Source of the DNA: Squalus acanthias
Lineage: Eukaryota
DNA length: 64,000 nt
Direction: 5' to 3'
NCBI GenBank assembly: GCA_030390025.1
Contig: CM059432.1
Span: 126,172,001-126,236,000, forward strand
Part shown: positions 12,724 through 24,764 of the stretch, piece after piece
Numbering within the stretch: the first letter of the stretch is position 1
How the letters are laid out: each line of letters starts with the position of its first letter
Made by a program: the position numbers and the translations under genes
The notes under the pieces: model-generated
Database searches by the model: none
What the model saw: only the letters and a program-made list of their open reading frames with translations
Told to the model about the DNA's origin: nothing

Positions 12724-13543
12724 ATAGCAAAATACTGCGGATGCTGGAAATCCGAAATAACAACAGAAAACGCTGGAAAAACTCAGCAGGCCAGGCAGCA
12801 TCCGTGGAGAGAGAAAGAGAGTTAACATTTCAGGTCGATGACCTTTCATCAGAACTGGGAAGAGCCGGAAATCAAATAGATTTAAGGCCAGGGTAAAGCT
12901 GGGAAAGGGGGAGGGGATAAAGGAACAAAGGGGGAGATGAAGAGACATTAAGAGATATGCAAGGCTAGAGGTGGTGTTAATGTGACAGATTAAGGCTGAA
13001 TGAAGTGTGAAATCCACTGGCAGAATGAAGGACAGCTGCCAGCTTCTAGGAGGGAAAAAAAAAAGGTGGGGGGGGACAAATAAAAGGGTGGATAAAATAA
13101 AATATAAATGTGATTGGAGCTGAGGTTATGATCTAAAATTGTTGAACTCGATATTGAGTCCAGAGGGCTGTAGCGTGCCTAAACGAAAGATGAGGTGCTG
13201 TTCCTCGAGCTTCCGTGGAACAGTGTAATAGGACGAGGACGGTGAGGTCAGAGTGGGAGTGAAGCGGTGAATTAAAGTGACAGGCCACCGGGAGCTCGGG
13301 GTCCCCCTTACGGACTGAACGGAGGTGTTCCGCAAAGCGGTCACCCAATCTACGTTTGGTCTCCCCAATGTAGAGGAGTCCACATCGTGAGCAGCGAATA
13401 CAGTATACTAAATTGCAGGAAGTACAAGTAAATCGCTGTTACACCTGGAAGGGGTGTTTGGGGCCCTGGACAGTGGGAAGAGGGGAGGTATAAGGGCATG
13501 TGTTGCATCTCCTGCGCGTGCACGGGAAGGTGCCGGGCGACGG
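12724..13543 (-). mobile_element. Penelope-like retroelement, 5'-truncated (GIY-YIG endonuclease end + pLTR with hammerhead core)
   Basis: LGDRFAEHLRSV...PVACHFNS and RKLEEQHLIFRLGTLQPSGLNIEFNNFRS*; 13-bp TSD ggacatgattagg at 12711-12723 and 13544-13556. Confidence 0.9.
12820..12856 (-). ncRNA. Minimal type I hammerhead ribozyme motif (Penelope-associated)
   Basis: Minus strand AGUU-CUGAUGA-A-AGGUC-AUC-GACCU-GAAA-UG-UU-AACU: stem I AGUU/AACU, stem II AGGUC/GACCU, both core boxes intact. Confidence 0.7.
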
Positions 13544-13582
13544 GGACATGATTAGGCCTGGCTTTGATGGCCTTGCAGTTAT

Positions 13583-13810
13583 CCCTGGTGTCCTGGCCAA
13601 TGTTTATCTCTCAATCAACATCACAAAAAAACAGATTATCCGGTCATTATCACATTGCTGTTTGCGGGAACTTGCTGTGCGCAAATTAGCTGCAGCGTTT
13701 CCTGCATTATAAGTGACTCCACTTCAAAAAGTACTCCATTGGCTGTAGAGAGCTATGGGACATCCTGAGGTTGTGAAAGGCGCTATGTAAATGCAAGTCT
13801 TTCTTTCTTT
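13583..13810 (+). mobile_element. SacSINE1-like DeuSINE 3' fragment
   Basis: ccctggtgtcctggccaat...ttgctgtgcgcaaatt...aaaggcgctat tail, as in 15882-16327. Confidence 0.8.
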
Positions 13811-14186
13811 CAGTTGCACAGTGCACTGACACTCACTGCACAGGCTCACACAAGAGTGCCCACTTGGGCAAGATATCGAGGCGCTACCAGTGCTCATGGA
13901 AATGAATATCGGCATGAATCACCTTTCCTGAAAGGAAAGGAGAAAAATCAAAAAGAAAATTAGCTTCCTCTGGTGATAGGTCAGTGAGTTTACCCACTGA
14001 ATAGCTGGAGACCCTTTTATATGACAGACCCCACTACTTACACTGTCCACGCTTATCGTGGCAGCCACCTGTATCGGGTAAATGGCACTAACCATTTGGG
14101 CTCAAGTCAATTACAAATTTTTCTTGTCACAGATGGGCTGGGAACTTCCATTGCTGGCCTGTATGGACCTCTCCTGATATCAAGTC

Positions 14187-14719
14187 TGTAACACATTAAG
14201 TGTGCCGGCTATTTCGAGCAATTCAATAAGCTTTTCCCACCTTGTTCTCATACTGTATTTGTATTTAAATCCCCCCGCGGATCATTCCGTGTCTGGGTTT
14301 TATTTTTTCCCGGGTCTCGGTGGGTTTTATTAAGTTAGAATTGGTGGTCGTCAGAGTTGTAGGGTTCACTCATCAGCCGGTAGACGTAGAAGAGGAGGTT
14401 TCCCCCGATGTTGTAGATGAATAGAGCGGTCAGTTCCAGAGGGATGTAGTCAAGAACGGGGCAGTGCGCTCAACTTGAGGGAATCTCACCTTCTGTGAAG
14501 GGAAAGAAGGTTCAACAATCGGGCGTGGAGTGACGCCTTGCTGCGAGAGCGAGCGTGTGCGTCCCGTCCCGTTCACTGCTCTCAGTCCTCTGTTAGAGAG
14601 GAAGGTCTTAGTCACTGTAAAAGATGATACACCGTCCAACGCTTATTGCGGGCTAGTCGCGTTAACACCAACACGCCCGCTATAAGCAGTGGGAACGGTA
14701 CCTTATTTTAATTGTCACA
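14187..14719. other. Unclassified CpG-rich insert (possible solo LTR or viral fragment)
   Basis: Abrupt CpG enrichment; tgtaaca...tgtcaca ends; no similarity to the other repeats in the window; boundaries uncertain. Confidence 0.4.
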
Positions 14720-15881
14720 GGCTAGGTACACTGGCCTGCACATTTCACTCTCCCCATTTATACCACCATTTTGTTCTGATCTGCACGTAGCCCCATGGTA
14801 GGCCAGATCATGGGGCAAATCCCTCGAAATAAAATGTTACTTGCAATGGGACCCGCCCAATTTTCTGTCCATTCACTTAAGTTTTTCTCTTTGTACTCCA
14901 CCTGGGTGATACTTTATGCCCAATCAATAGAAGTGGACAATCTGCCCCAGTCATTCACCATAAACCATTGTAACAATAACTGAATACGCAGGAAGCACTC
15001 AGTAAGTCAGGCAACATCTGTTTCAAAAGACCCTTCCTCAGAACTGGGTATGAGCTTTGAATCGCCACAGCCCTCTTGCTTTGATTTCAAGGCAGTGCCA
15101 ATTTCGATGATTATTGGAGTAAGCCAGTATTAGACTTTTGACGCCGATTATCTCTCTTGACTATCTACTTCATGCCATGATCAACTACATCCATTCCCTA
15201 TGTCACAACTGAGTCAGCTGGCTGACAGCATTTAAAATGAAACTAAAGGAATTCCAGCAAGGCCCTGGCGGGTAAAGGCACCACCCAGTGTAATATAAAG
15301 CCGGACAAACCAGGAAGCTCACAAGTTTGATTCCAGGTCGCTGCTGATCTCAGCTCGGGCATTTGGAATTACAATTAGTCTTGGTGCCCATGAACTAGTT
15401 GGGCAAAATCAGCTGTAGTTCCTGCTTTTGAACTGATTGGCATTTGGTGAACCCTCTTTGAAAGTCTTTATTGCTACAATGGCATGCGACCCGCACATAA
15501 AGAATGGTCACTTGGGCAAGGTACTGGAACTGAGCCTATTGCCCATGGAACTGCATCCAATTAAGAGGCAGTGCTTTTTTTTTGTTTTATTGTCAACTTT
15601 TTTTCTTTCCACTTTCTTTCCCGATGATGTTCATTTCTTGGTGGGGTATGGTTCCATGAGTGTCTGGTTCTCTCTGGTACCATCACGCAAGTGGCCGTAT
15701 TCATCTGTTTGAATTGACAGCAAGTGTTGGACTGTTCGATAGGAGAGAGTGGGAGGGCATCACGGCCAAGCCCCAGTCTGACCTCGCCCAATCTACTCGC
15801 ACGCAATTGTTGCTGGAGTCATTAGGTGGCTATCAGGAATGAGAACCTTGGCTGTTCCTTTTTTTTGGTATTGTTTTCAGT

Positions 15882-16327
15882 GTCAGCCGTGGCTCAGTTG
15901 GTAGCACCCTCGCCTCTGAGTCAGAAGGTTATGGGTTCAAGTCCCACTCCAGGGACTTGAGCACACAAATCTAGGCTGACACTCCAGTGCAGTACTGAGG
16001 GAGCACTGCATTGCCAGGGAGGTGCTGGCTTTTGAATGAGATGTTAAACCGAGGTCCCGTCTGCTTTCTCAGGTGAACGTAAAAGATCCCATGGCACTAT
16101 TCAAAGAAGAGCAGGGGAGTTAACCCTGGTGTCCTGGCCAATATTTATCCCTCAATTAACATCATTAAAAAACAGAGCATCACATTGTTGTTTGTGGGAG
16201 CTTGCTCTGCGCAAATTGGCTGCCGCGTTTCCCACATTACAACAGTGACTACACTTCATTAGCTGTGAAGCGCTTTGGGACGTCCGGTGGTCATGAAAGG
16301 CGCTATAGAAATGCAAGTCTTTTTTTT
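15882..16327 (+). mobile_element. SacSINE1-like DeuSINE, near full length
   Basis: tRNA-like A box tggctcagttgg and B box ggttcaagtcc; Deu-type body (gatgttaaaccgagg, aaagatcccatggcactatt); L2-like tail aaaggcgctatagaaatgcaag. Confidence 0.85.
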
Positions 16328-16636
16328 GTGAGCCACCACTCCAGCTAATTCAGCACAGACCAAGCTTTGAACCTTTGATTTTCCTGGTGCATGACTGGAT
16401 AAACCTAGATCATTGGGCAAGGGGAGGGGAAGAAATTGACAATTAAAAAAAAAACAATAAAAAGTCTGTTCATGTCCATAAAATCTACAAGAAGTGAAAC
16501 AAATACTGAGAATACAAACGCATTATGTCACTGCCACTCCGTGTAAACTAAGTATAAGTGAAGTTGTTTTCTTTGGATCAGTTTCAAACGCGAGTTCTTT
16601 TTCTGATGGCCTTTTTCCTGTCTCTTAATTTATCAG

Positions 16637-17051
16637 AAATTGCCTTGCATCATCTGATAATCAGAACGATATAGAAGTACAAGACAATCGAGTGCAAGTT
16701 CTTAAGTCCCTCCCAGTGAACCTGTCCTTGCACCCGGAGCACTTGGATGTTTCAAAGAGGGAGACATACAGTGCACATCCAGCTGAGAACACGCCCGTGT
16801 CGGTGGCAGGGGTAGCGGTGGTCAGCATCAAAACGGAGGCTTATCCCACGAGCTACTCGGGGGCACTGACCCCCACTGTGCACTATAGTAGAGCCGAGAG
16901 CGATGAACAGAGAGGGGTGATCTTTGAACCGAACCTCAGCAGCAACCAGTACGAAGTGCTCACTGTCACACACACCAACTACCTCAAAGATGACCAGCGC
17001 AGCACACCTGACAGCAGCTACAGTGAAACATTTAAGGAAGGAATAGCGGAA
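16637..17051 (+). CDS. grhl2: Grainyhead-like 2, coding exon 4
   Basis: atcag acceptor, gtaagt donor at 17052; (R)NCLASSDNQNDIEVQDNRVQVLKSLPVNLSL...YLKDDQRSTPDSSYSETFKEGIAE; YLKDDQRSTPDS is GRHL2-typical; 415 nt. Confidence 0.95.
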
Positions 17052-17102
17052 GTAAGTTGTGATTTAAAAATGTTATATTTATGAAGATGTGCTTTATTTA
17101 TT

Positions 17103-17600
17103 GGGGGGAATTTTAACTTAAAAAAACGGGTGGGTTGGAGTCGTGTGGGAAGTTAAGTGTTAAAAATCTGAATCCCGACCAGGACCCACCTCCAACCCAC
17201 CCACTTCTGGTTTTAACGATGGCGGTTTGTGGGGTAGGCAGCCAACCCGCTCCCAGGAGGCGGGCCGTCTATTTAAATATTATAATGAGGCTGGAAGCCT
17301 CTGCTTTAACCTCCATTTTGAATTTAACTTTAGCTGATCGGGTTTTACAGACCTCGTGAGATGAGGACTGCTGCCTTTACACTTACCTCCCGGATCCAGG
17401 GACCCTACCGAACCCAACCCCCACGATCAGAGACCCCCCCATGAGGCCTCCGATATCCACCCCCCACCCAAGGGCCCCCCTGCTCCTCACTGCGTCCCCC
17501 CCCCATCGCTCTTCCGGCCCCCAATCTTCACTCAACCATCGCCGCCTCCCCCCCCCCGCCCCATACTGGTCCCGGCCCCCGATCATTCTCCGACAACCCC
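17103..17600 (+). mobile_element. Non-autonomous DNA transposon fragment (one end); related copy at 51553-52070
   Basis: Both begin ggggggaattttaac and share several hundred bases (aacccacccacttctggttttaac, aatgaggctggaagcctc); no right end seen. Confidence 0.65.
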
Positions 17601-17916
17601 CCACCCACTCTTTTTTTTTGTATGGCGGATGGGAGGGGGAGTTGGTCATGATGCATTGGGGGCTGTTCCCCACGCCAAAGGGCTGTGGATGGATGCTGGT
17701 TCAATTGAAATTTTCAAGAGTGAGCTCAATAGATTTTTGTTACTTAAGGATATCAAGGAATATGGAGCAAAGGTGGGTAAATGGAGTTATGGTACAGATA
17801 AACCATGATCTGATTGAATGGCGGAACAGGCTCGAGGGGTTGAATGGCCGCCAGCCCTATCTTCCTATATCAGAGAGAGTTGATATGGTGGACACGTTAG
17901 GACAGCCTCTGAATCT

Positions 17917-18232
17917 GACCTGGGTGACTGTCTGTGTGGAGTTTGCACATTCTCCCCGTGTCTGCGTGGGTTTCCTCCGGGTGCTCCGGTTTCCTCCCAC
18001 AGTCCAAAAATGTGCGGGTTAGGTTGATTTGGCTATGATAAATTGACCCTTAGTGTTAAGGGGGGATTAAATATGTGGGGTTATGGGGATAGGATGGGAT
18101 ATGTTAGGGGGAATTAAATACGTGGGGTTACGGGGGTAGGGTGGGATATGTGTACTGTGGGGATTAAAGCAGGGACAGGGTACTGGATTTGGATGATCAG
18201 CCATGATCGTATTGAATGGTGGAGCAGGCTCT
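17917..18232 (+). mobile_element. HE1-like V-SINE, 5'-truncated, with CR1-derived tail
   Basis: V domain gtgtggagtttgcacattctccccgtgtctgcgtgggtttcctccgggtgctccggtttcctcccac; tail gatcagccatgatc...gaatggtggagcaggctc shared with CR1 3' ends. Confidence 0.85.
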
Positions 18233-18442
18233 CTGACTTTAAATGACTGAACTAACAGTATATGGTATATAGATAAAAACAGAAAATGCTGGAAATACTC
18301 AGCAGGTCAGGCAGCATCTGTGGAGAGAGAAACAGAGTTAACAGGCCAATGACCTTTCGTCAGAACTGGAAAACGTTAGAGATGTAACCGGTTTTAAGCA
18401 ACTACAGAGGCAGGGAGAGGAGGAAAGAACAAAAGGAAACGT

Positions 18443-19780
18443 CTGGTGTCCCCCAAGGATCTATCCTTGGCCCCCTCCTATTTCCTCATCTACATGCTGC
18501 CCCATCAAAATCATCTGAAAACACAGAGTCAGTTTCCACATGTACGCTGACTACACCCAGCTCTACCTCGCCACCACTTCTCTCGACCCCTCCACTGTCT
18601 CTAAATCGTCAGACTGCTTGTCCAACCTCCAGTACTGGATGAGCAGAAATTTCCTCCAACTAAATATTGGGAAGACCAAAGCCATTGGCCCGGATTTTCC
18701 GGGACCTATGGGTGCATACGCGGCGCGTGCGAAAACCCAGAACTTGCGATCTTCTTGACAGATCATCCGCATCCCCGGGAAAAGGGCATCCGCAGGCGGA
18801 GAGTTGGGCTATTTGCCCAACTACTGCCCAGTGAATGCCCGTGAAATTCTTACGCCTGGTAAGGCCTACTTTTACCAGCGTAAGAGTTTAAATGAACATG
18901 AAAATAATTTAAACAAAATTATTTAAACATAAAAAAAAACCCGTAAAATAAGTTCAGGTTATTTTTAGCCCCTTTAAAACGTTTACATTTATTTTTCAAA
19001 AAATTAGATTTTTGTTTTTAAATATTTAATTAAATTGTATTTTAAATATGTAATTTATTATTTTATTTATTTGGTGTGTAAATGTGTTTTTTATGTGATC
19101 CCCATTTATTCTTATGGAGGTTCCGTACTAAAATGGAATCCCCATAAGCATGAATGGGGATCCCCTTTGATTGGTTGGGCCAGCCCACGTGATCCCAGGG
19201 ACGCTTGCGCACCTCATGCACTCCTGGGGTACGTGGGCCTTTACGCATCCCTATGCATAGAGGTCCAGGAGTGAGAGTCTACATGGATCCCGAGGCAGAA
19301 GGTAGGCGAGGACTATATTTGCAGATCAGAGGCATTTCTCCGACCGCAAATTCAGACCCATTGTCTTCGGTTCCCGCCACAAACTTTGTTCCCCATCCCT
19401 CTCCCTGGCAACGGTCTGAGGCTGAACAAGACTGTTTGTAACCTTAGTGTCACATTTGACCCCAAAATGAGTTTCCGACCACATATCTGCACCATCACTA
19501 AGACGGCCTATTTCTACTTCTGTAACATCACCCGACTCCGTCCCTGCCTCAGCTCAGGTGCTACTGAAACCCTCATCCATGCCTTTGCTACCTCTAGGCT
19601 TGACTATTCCAACGCACTCCTGGCCGGCCTCCCACGTTCTACCCTCCGTAAACTTGAGGTCATCCAAAACTCTGCTGCCCATGTCCTAACTCACACCAAG
19701 TCCCGTTCACCCATCACCCCAGTGCTCGCTGACTACATTGGCTCCCGATTAAGCCACGCCTTGATTTTGAAATTCTCATC
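18443..19780 (+). mobile_element. L2 LINE RT fragment split by a MITE
   Basis: [10 protein letters not shown] and MYADYTQLYL...LNIGKTKAI, resuming after the MITE with TKTAYF...[23 protein letters not shown]. Confidence 0.88.
18687..19359. mobile_element. PIF/Harbinger-type MITE
   Basis: TIRs ggcccggattttccgg / ccgcaaattcagaccc; ATT TSD; removing it restores the L2 sequence aaagccattgtcttcgg. Confidence 0.85.
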
Positions 19781-21916
19781 CGGTGACCGAAAGCTCGGGG
19801 TCATGCTTGCGGACTGAACAGAGGTGTTCCGCATGCGGTCACCCAATCTGCGTTTGGTCTCCCCAGTGTAGAGGAGACCGCATCGTGAGCAGCGAATACA
19901 GTATACTAAATTGAAAGAAGTACAAATAAATCGCTGTTTCACCTGGAAGGAGTGTTTTGGGACCCTGGATGGTGGGGACGGAGATGGTAAAAGGGCAGGT
20001 GTTGCATCTCCTGCGCTTGCACGGGAAGGTGCTGTGGGAAGGGGAGGGGGTGTTGGGGGTGATAGAGGAGTGGACCAGGTTGTTGCGGAGGGAGCCCGTC
20101 CCTGAAAGGGGAGGGGAGGGAAAGATGTATTTGGTGGTGGGATCATGCTAGAGGTAGCGGAAATGGCAGAGGATGATCCATTGAATGTGGAGGCTGGTGG
20201 GGTGGATGCTGAGAACAAAGAAAACCCTATCGTGTTCTGGGAGGGAGGGGCAGGGCTGAGAGCATAAGTGCGGGAAATGGAACAGACACGGTGGACAGTA
20301 TATAAATGTTCAGTTAACCTAACCTCTCTGCATACCACAATCATTTGGTTGATCGGACTGCAAACGGGTTCTTTGTGACAGCATTTTAAGCCCTGCACCG
20401 TAATTAATATTAAATCAGGCATTGGATTTGCTTTTAATTCTACATTCTTGTAACTCTTGGCTCTGAAAACTGCTGAATTACCCTATGAGTTTTGGGGTTG
20501 GTTTGACACCCCTCCTTCCCACTTCTAGCAAAGAGTCTTCCTGTCTTATCGGGGTTATTGCAAAACCTGTCTGAGGAAATGTGAAGCTTGGGAAAACAAA
20601 GGTTAAATTAGAAAGAAAAATGACCACCCCATGTGGACATATAAACAGTTACTTGTGTATACTTGGTGATTTTGATTGTGTTTAAGCTGCAGCTTTCCCT
20701 AACCCGTCCAGTCCCTGTGCAGCAGCCAAAGTCAGTCAGGTGAAGGGCATGTGTGGAAATACAGGCCACAAGTTAGGGAACAAATGGACAAGTTGCTGGC
20801 CACGTTTTTGGTTGCAGATTCAGGAGTGTGCCTGAAGCACTTTCAGGGACCAGCGCACTTACAAATTCAGGCTTCCTTTGAAATATGTGTCCGGTAATTC
20901 TCAGTTTAGGTACATTCGGTCATTGAGTTTTGCTAAAGGACAGCAGACATTTAACAATACTAAATTCTGAATAAAAGGCTTGTAGCAGTTAACTGTAGCA
21001 AATCAAAATGAGCAGATAGTGTCTAGTGATATGAAGTGGGTTGGACACCATGGACTTTATTTTCATTGTAGCAAAAATGGATCTGACTAAAACTTTCTTT
21101 TGGTAGGTAAGGCGAATCGAGCTTAAGACTGTCGCCCTATAGTATAACTTCTGCATTAGGAAAGAAAGACTGTTACTGTAACTAGCAGTACATTGAGGAG
21201 CCAAGTCAGATGTGGTAGAGAGAGAGGAATAATCTTGGTATTGGTATTGCATGTAAAAAAGAGACACACTTAAAACATCATGACTAAGGATATAGCGAAG
21301 AGCTAAATTTCAGTATTTTGCAACTTATTTGACGTGCACTGTACTCTATAGGCCCCTGAACCTGATTGAGTTTAATCCCATTTTAATATTGAGATAGAAT
21401 TTTTTTGAATTCTAAAGGATTGTTTCAGACAAACAGTTTTTTGATGAGAGGAATATTTTAATTCCAATGTAGAAATAGCTCTTTGAAGTTAATGGAGTAA
21501 GATGTGTGTTATTATCTTCATAATTGGGAGCTTAATCTCAGTTGTGGAACAATCATCCAATCTCATTACTCGGGATTACTAGAAACTTTCTAAGGGTGCA
21601 TTTATACGACCGCTTTAGTGTTAGTGCAAAACAATTTCAGCTTCATGCTGTGCTGAGCTAGCTGCCTAAATCTGGAGTTCAGGCCTAATGTGACTCCAGA
21701 GTGTGACTCCCTGAAGGGGGCAGTTCCTCACTGCTTCAGTTTGACACTGCGAGGGGATCAAATCCAGTGTGCTGTCAAACCAAGTTTGCAAAGTGTGGGT
21801 CATTTTGGTTTTGTCAAAAGTATATCATGTACATTTGTAGACCTACCAGTCCTTAATTTAATTATTTGGAGAGCAGAGAAGTCTCCTCTTCCCACTCTCT
21901 GAACAATTAAATCATT

Positions 21917-22700
21917 GGCCCGGAATTTGTGGTCAGCGGCGAAGCAAAGGCGATTGCCGCTGGCCCCGAAGTAAGCTGCCCACAAAGATCTCCCGATCGC
22001 TGTGGCGAGAAGTTCGCCTTTTTTGACATGCAATTGAGATCAGTGCAGTATAGTGGGAATTCCATAGTGCGAGCTGCTGTGACGTCAACAAGCTGCCTAA
22101 GCAGCCAATCACAATGCAGAATTCTCACAGACAGGGAAGCAGGAAGTGAAGAAGTTGCTTTTATTCGGACTTTTAAAAAATGTTACAGAGAGCAAAACAA
22201 AGATTGGGGCTCTCGCATGGGGAAAAGGAAAACCTGAAATAAATATGAACAAACTTTAAAAAAAATATATATTTTAAAGTTTCTTAAAAATTGTAATTTT
22301 TATTATCATGGAGAAATTTGACACTCCACAAAATGAAACTTGGTTTTCCAGGGCCATAACGTTTGTTTAGCAGTCAATACGCTGTTAAAACCCCAGTTAC
22401 ACCTAATCCAAAAGAGTCTAACTTTTAATGGGGTATTTAACAGCGATATTACCGCGGAAGAGCCGAAGTTTTTGTCAGTTTCCCTGATTTGAGAGATTTC
22501 TCTGATTGCCGGTTATGCAGGGGGCGGAGTGGGTGTGGGGGGGCATTGCGCATCCAGTGTCGGAGCAGTGAATGACTGACCGCAACTTCAGGATTTCTGC
22601 GTTAGGATGCACATGTGCTGCATCCTGAAGTTGCGGTCAGTTTCAAAGGGGTAATAACAGTTGCTCGTTCGCTGTTATTATCCACCGCAAATTCCGGTCC
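21917..22700. mobile_element. PIF/Harbinger-type MITE
   Basis: TIRs ggcccggaatttgtgg / ccgcaaattccggtcc; ATT TSD; homologous to 33206-33737. Confidence 0.85.
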
Positions 22701-22949
22701 ATTGACTTTTAGGAGTGAGCTCTGTGCATGTGTGTATCCAGCATGTGCAGAGCATCCTGTACAGGGCAGTCACCAGAGTTCCAGCCAGGCAGGAGCCAAG
22801 CAGTGTTGACAGTGTTCTGCCAACCTGGGACCAGAATCTGCACCTACTGGTCTCAAAGAGACAGCTGCAATGTAAATGCAGTTGTAATTTGCTCGTGGAA
22901 CAGTCCAAGAGACCTATGGCAACGAGCAGAGGGGGAATTTCTCTGTATT

Positions 22950-24518
22950 TTTTATTCATTCACGGGATGTGGGTGTCGCTGACAAGGCCAACATTTATTG
23001 CCCATCCTTAATTGGTGAGCAGCCTTCTTGACAACTGATTGGCTTGCTAGGCCCTTTCAGAGGGCAGTTAAGAGTCAACCACATTGCTGTGGGTCTGGAG
23101 TCACATATAGGCCAGACCAGGTAAGGATGGCAGATTTCCTTCCCTAAAGGATGTTAGTGAACTAGATAGGTTTTTATGATAATATTATGATAATAGCTTT
23201 TTATTCTCCTCGTCCTTCTTGACCTGTCTGCAGCCTTTGACATGGTTGACCACTCCATCCTCCTCCAACGCCTCTCTACCATCATCCAGCTGGGTGGGAC
23301 TGCACTCGCCTGATTCCATTCTTATCTATCTAATCGTAGCCAGAGAATCACCTGCAACGGCTTTTCTTCCCACTCCCACATCGTTACCTCTGGTGTCCCC
23401 CAAGGATCTATCCTTGGCCCCCGCCTATTTCTCATCTACATGTTGCCCCTCGGCGACATCATCCGAAAATACGGCGTCAGTTTCCACATGTACGCTGACG
23501 ACACCCAGCTCTACCTCACCACCACCTCTCTCAACCCCTCCACGGTCGCTAAATTGGCTGACATCCAGTACTGGATGAGCAGAAATTTTCTCCAGTTAAA
23601 TATTGGGAAGATCAAAGCCATTGTTTTCGGTCCCCGCCACAAACTCCATTCCGTAGCCATTGACTCCATCCCTCTCCCTAACCTCTGTCTGAGGCTGAGC
23701 CACACTGTTCGCAACCTTGGTGTCATATTTGGCCCTGAAATGAGCTGCCGACCACATATCCACGCCATCACTAAGACCGCCTATGTCCACCTCCGTAACA
23801 TTGCCCATCTCCACCCCTGCCTCAGCTCATCCGCTGCCGAAATCCTCATCCATGCCTTTGTTACCTCTAGACTTGACTATTCCAACACACTCCTGGCTGG
23901 CCTCCCACATTCTACCCTACGTAAACTTGAGGTCATCCAAAACTCGGCTGCCCGTGTCCTAACTTGCACCAAGTCCCGTTCACCCATCACCTCTGTGCTC
24001 GCTGACCTACTTTGGCTCCTGGTTAAGCAACGCCTCGATTTCAAAATTCTCATCCTTGCTTTCAAATCCCTCCATGGCCTCGCCCCTCCTTATCTCTCTA
24101 ATCTCCTCCAGCCCCACAATCCCCTGGGATATCTGCGCTCCTCTAATTCTGCCCTCTTGAGCATTCCTGAATATAATTGCTCAACCATTGGTGGCTGTGC
24201 CTTCTGTTGCCTAGGCCCTAAGCTCAGGAATTCCCTCCCTAAACCTCTCCACCTTGCTACCTCTCTTTCCTCCTTTAAGGCGCTCCTTAAAACCTACCTC
24301 TTTGACCAAGCTTTTGACCATCTGCTGTGATTTCTCCTTATGTGGCTCAGTGTCAAATTTTTTGTCTTTTAATACTCCTGTGAACGTTAAAGGTGCTATA
24401 TAAATACAAGTTGTTGTTGTTGCAGATTTATTTAATTAATTGAATTTAAATTCCCCAGCTGCCGTGGTGGGATTTGAATCCATGTCTCCGGATCATTAGT
24501 CCAGGCCTCTGGATTACT
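22950..24518 (-). mobile_element. tRNA-derived SINE with LINE-derived tail, split by an L2 insertion
   Basis: Head ggattcaaatcccacc near 24460-24518; body and tail ggatgggcaataaatgttggccttgtcagcgacacccacatcccgtgaatgaataaaaa at 22950-23200. Confidence 0.75.
23203..24422 (+). mobile_element. L2 LINE 3' portion with a 296-codon open RT C-terminus
   Basis: ORF 23440-24330 with [32 protein letters not shown]; (gtt)n tail. Confidence 0.92.
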
Positions 24519-24764
24519 GTTGCTAATTGAATTTATTTTTAAAAGTTAAAGTGTGAATAATCATCTCCTGGGGAATTCATTTGGGATGATTTAAGACTGG
24601 GTATAACAGTAGAATCCTTTCAAATTATAGAGGGTGCATGGTGTATGTTACAAATACACTAGAGACCTGTAACAAGCCCTTCATAACATACTGTAAAACA
24701 TTCCACCATTATAAACATAAGCTGTGGTGTTCCCATGACATTTAGTTAAATAAGAGAGGTAGAG

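Larger units (their letters stand above)
18264..20294 (-). mobile_element. Penelope-like element carrying nested L2 and MITE insertions
   Basis: pLTR at ~18270-18440; GIY-YIG region NLVYCIRCSRCGLLYTGETKRRLGDR at ~19782-19950; possible TSD acagtatat (18255-18263, 20295-20303). Confidence 0.8.

Noticed and set aside
15882..15960. tRNA gene (also near 48818 and 24460)
   Set aside because: A/B boxes run straight into SINE body and LINE-type tail; these are SINE heads
17441..18022. 193-aa proline-rich ORF and similar ORFs (9795-10316, 51890-52273, 61539-62090)
   Set aside because: Chance read-through across C-rich MITE, CR1, SINE or low-complexity sequence; no domain or splice support
18386..18393. 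Perfect GRHL site AACCGGTT as autoregulatory element
   Set aside because: One 8-mer is expected about once per 64 kb by chance, and it lies inside a Penelope remnant
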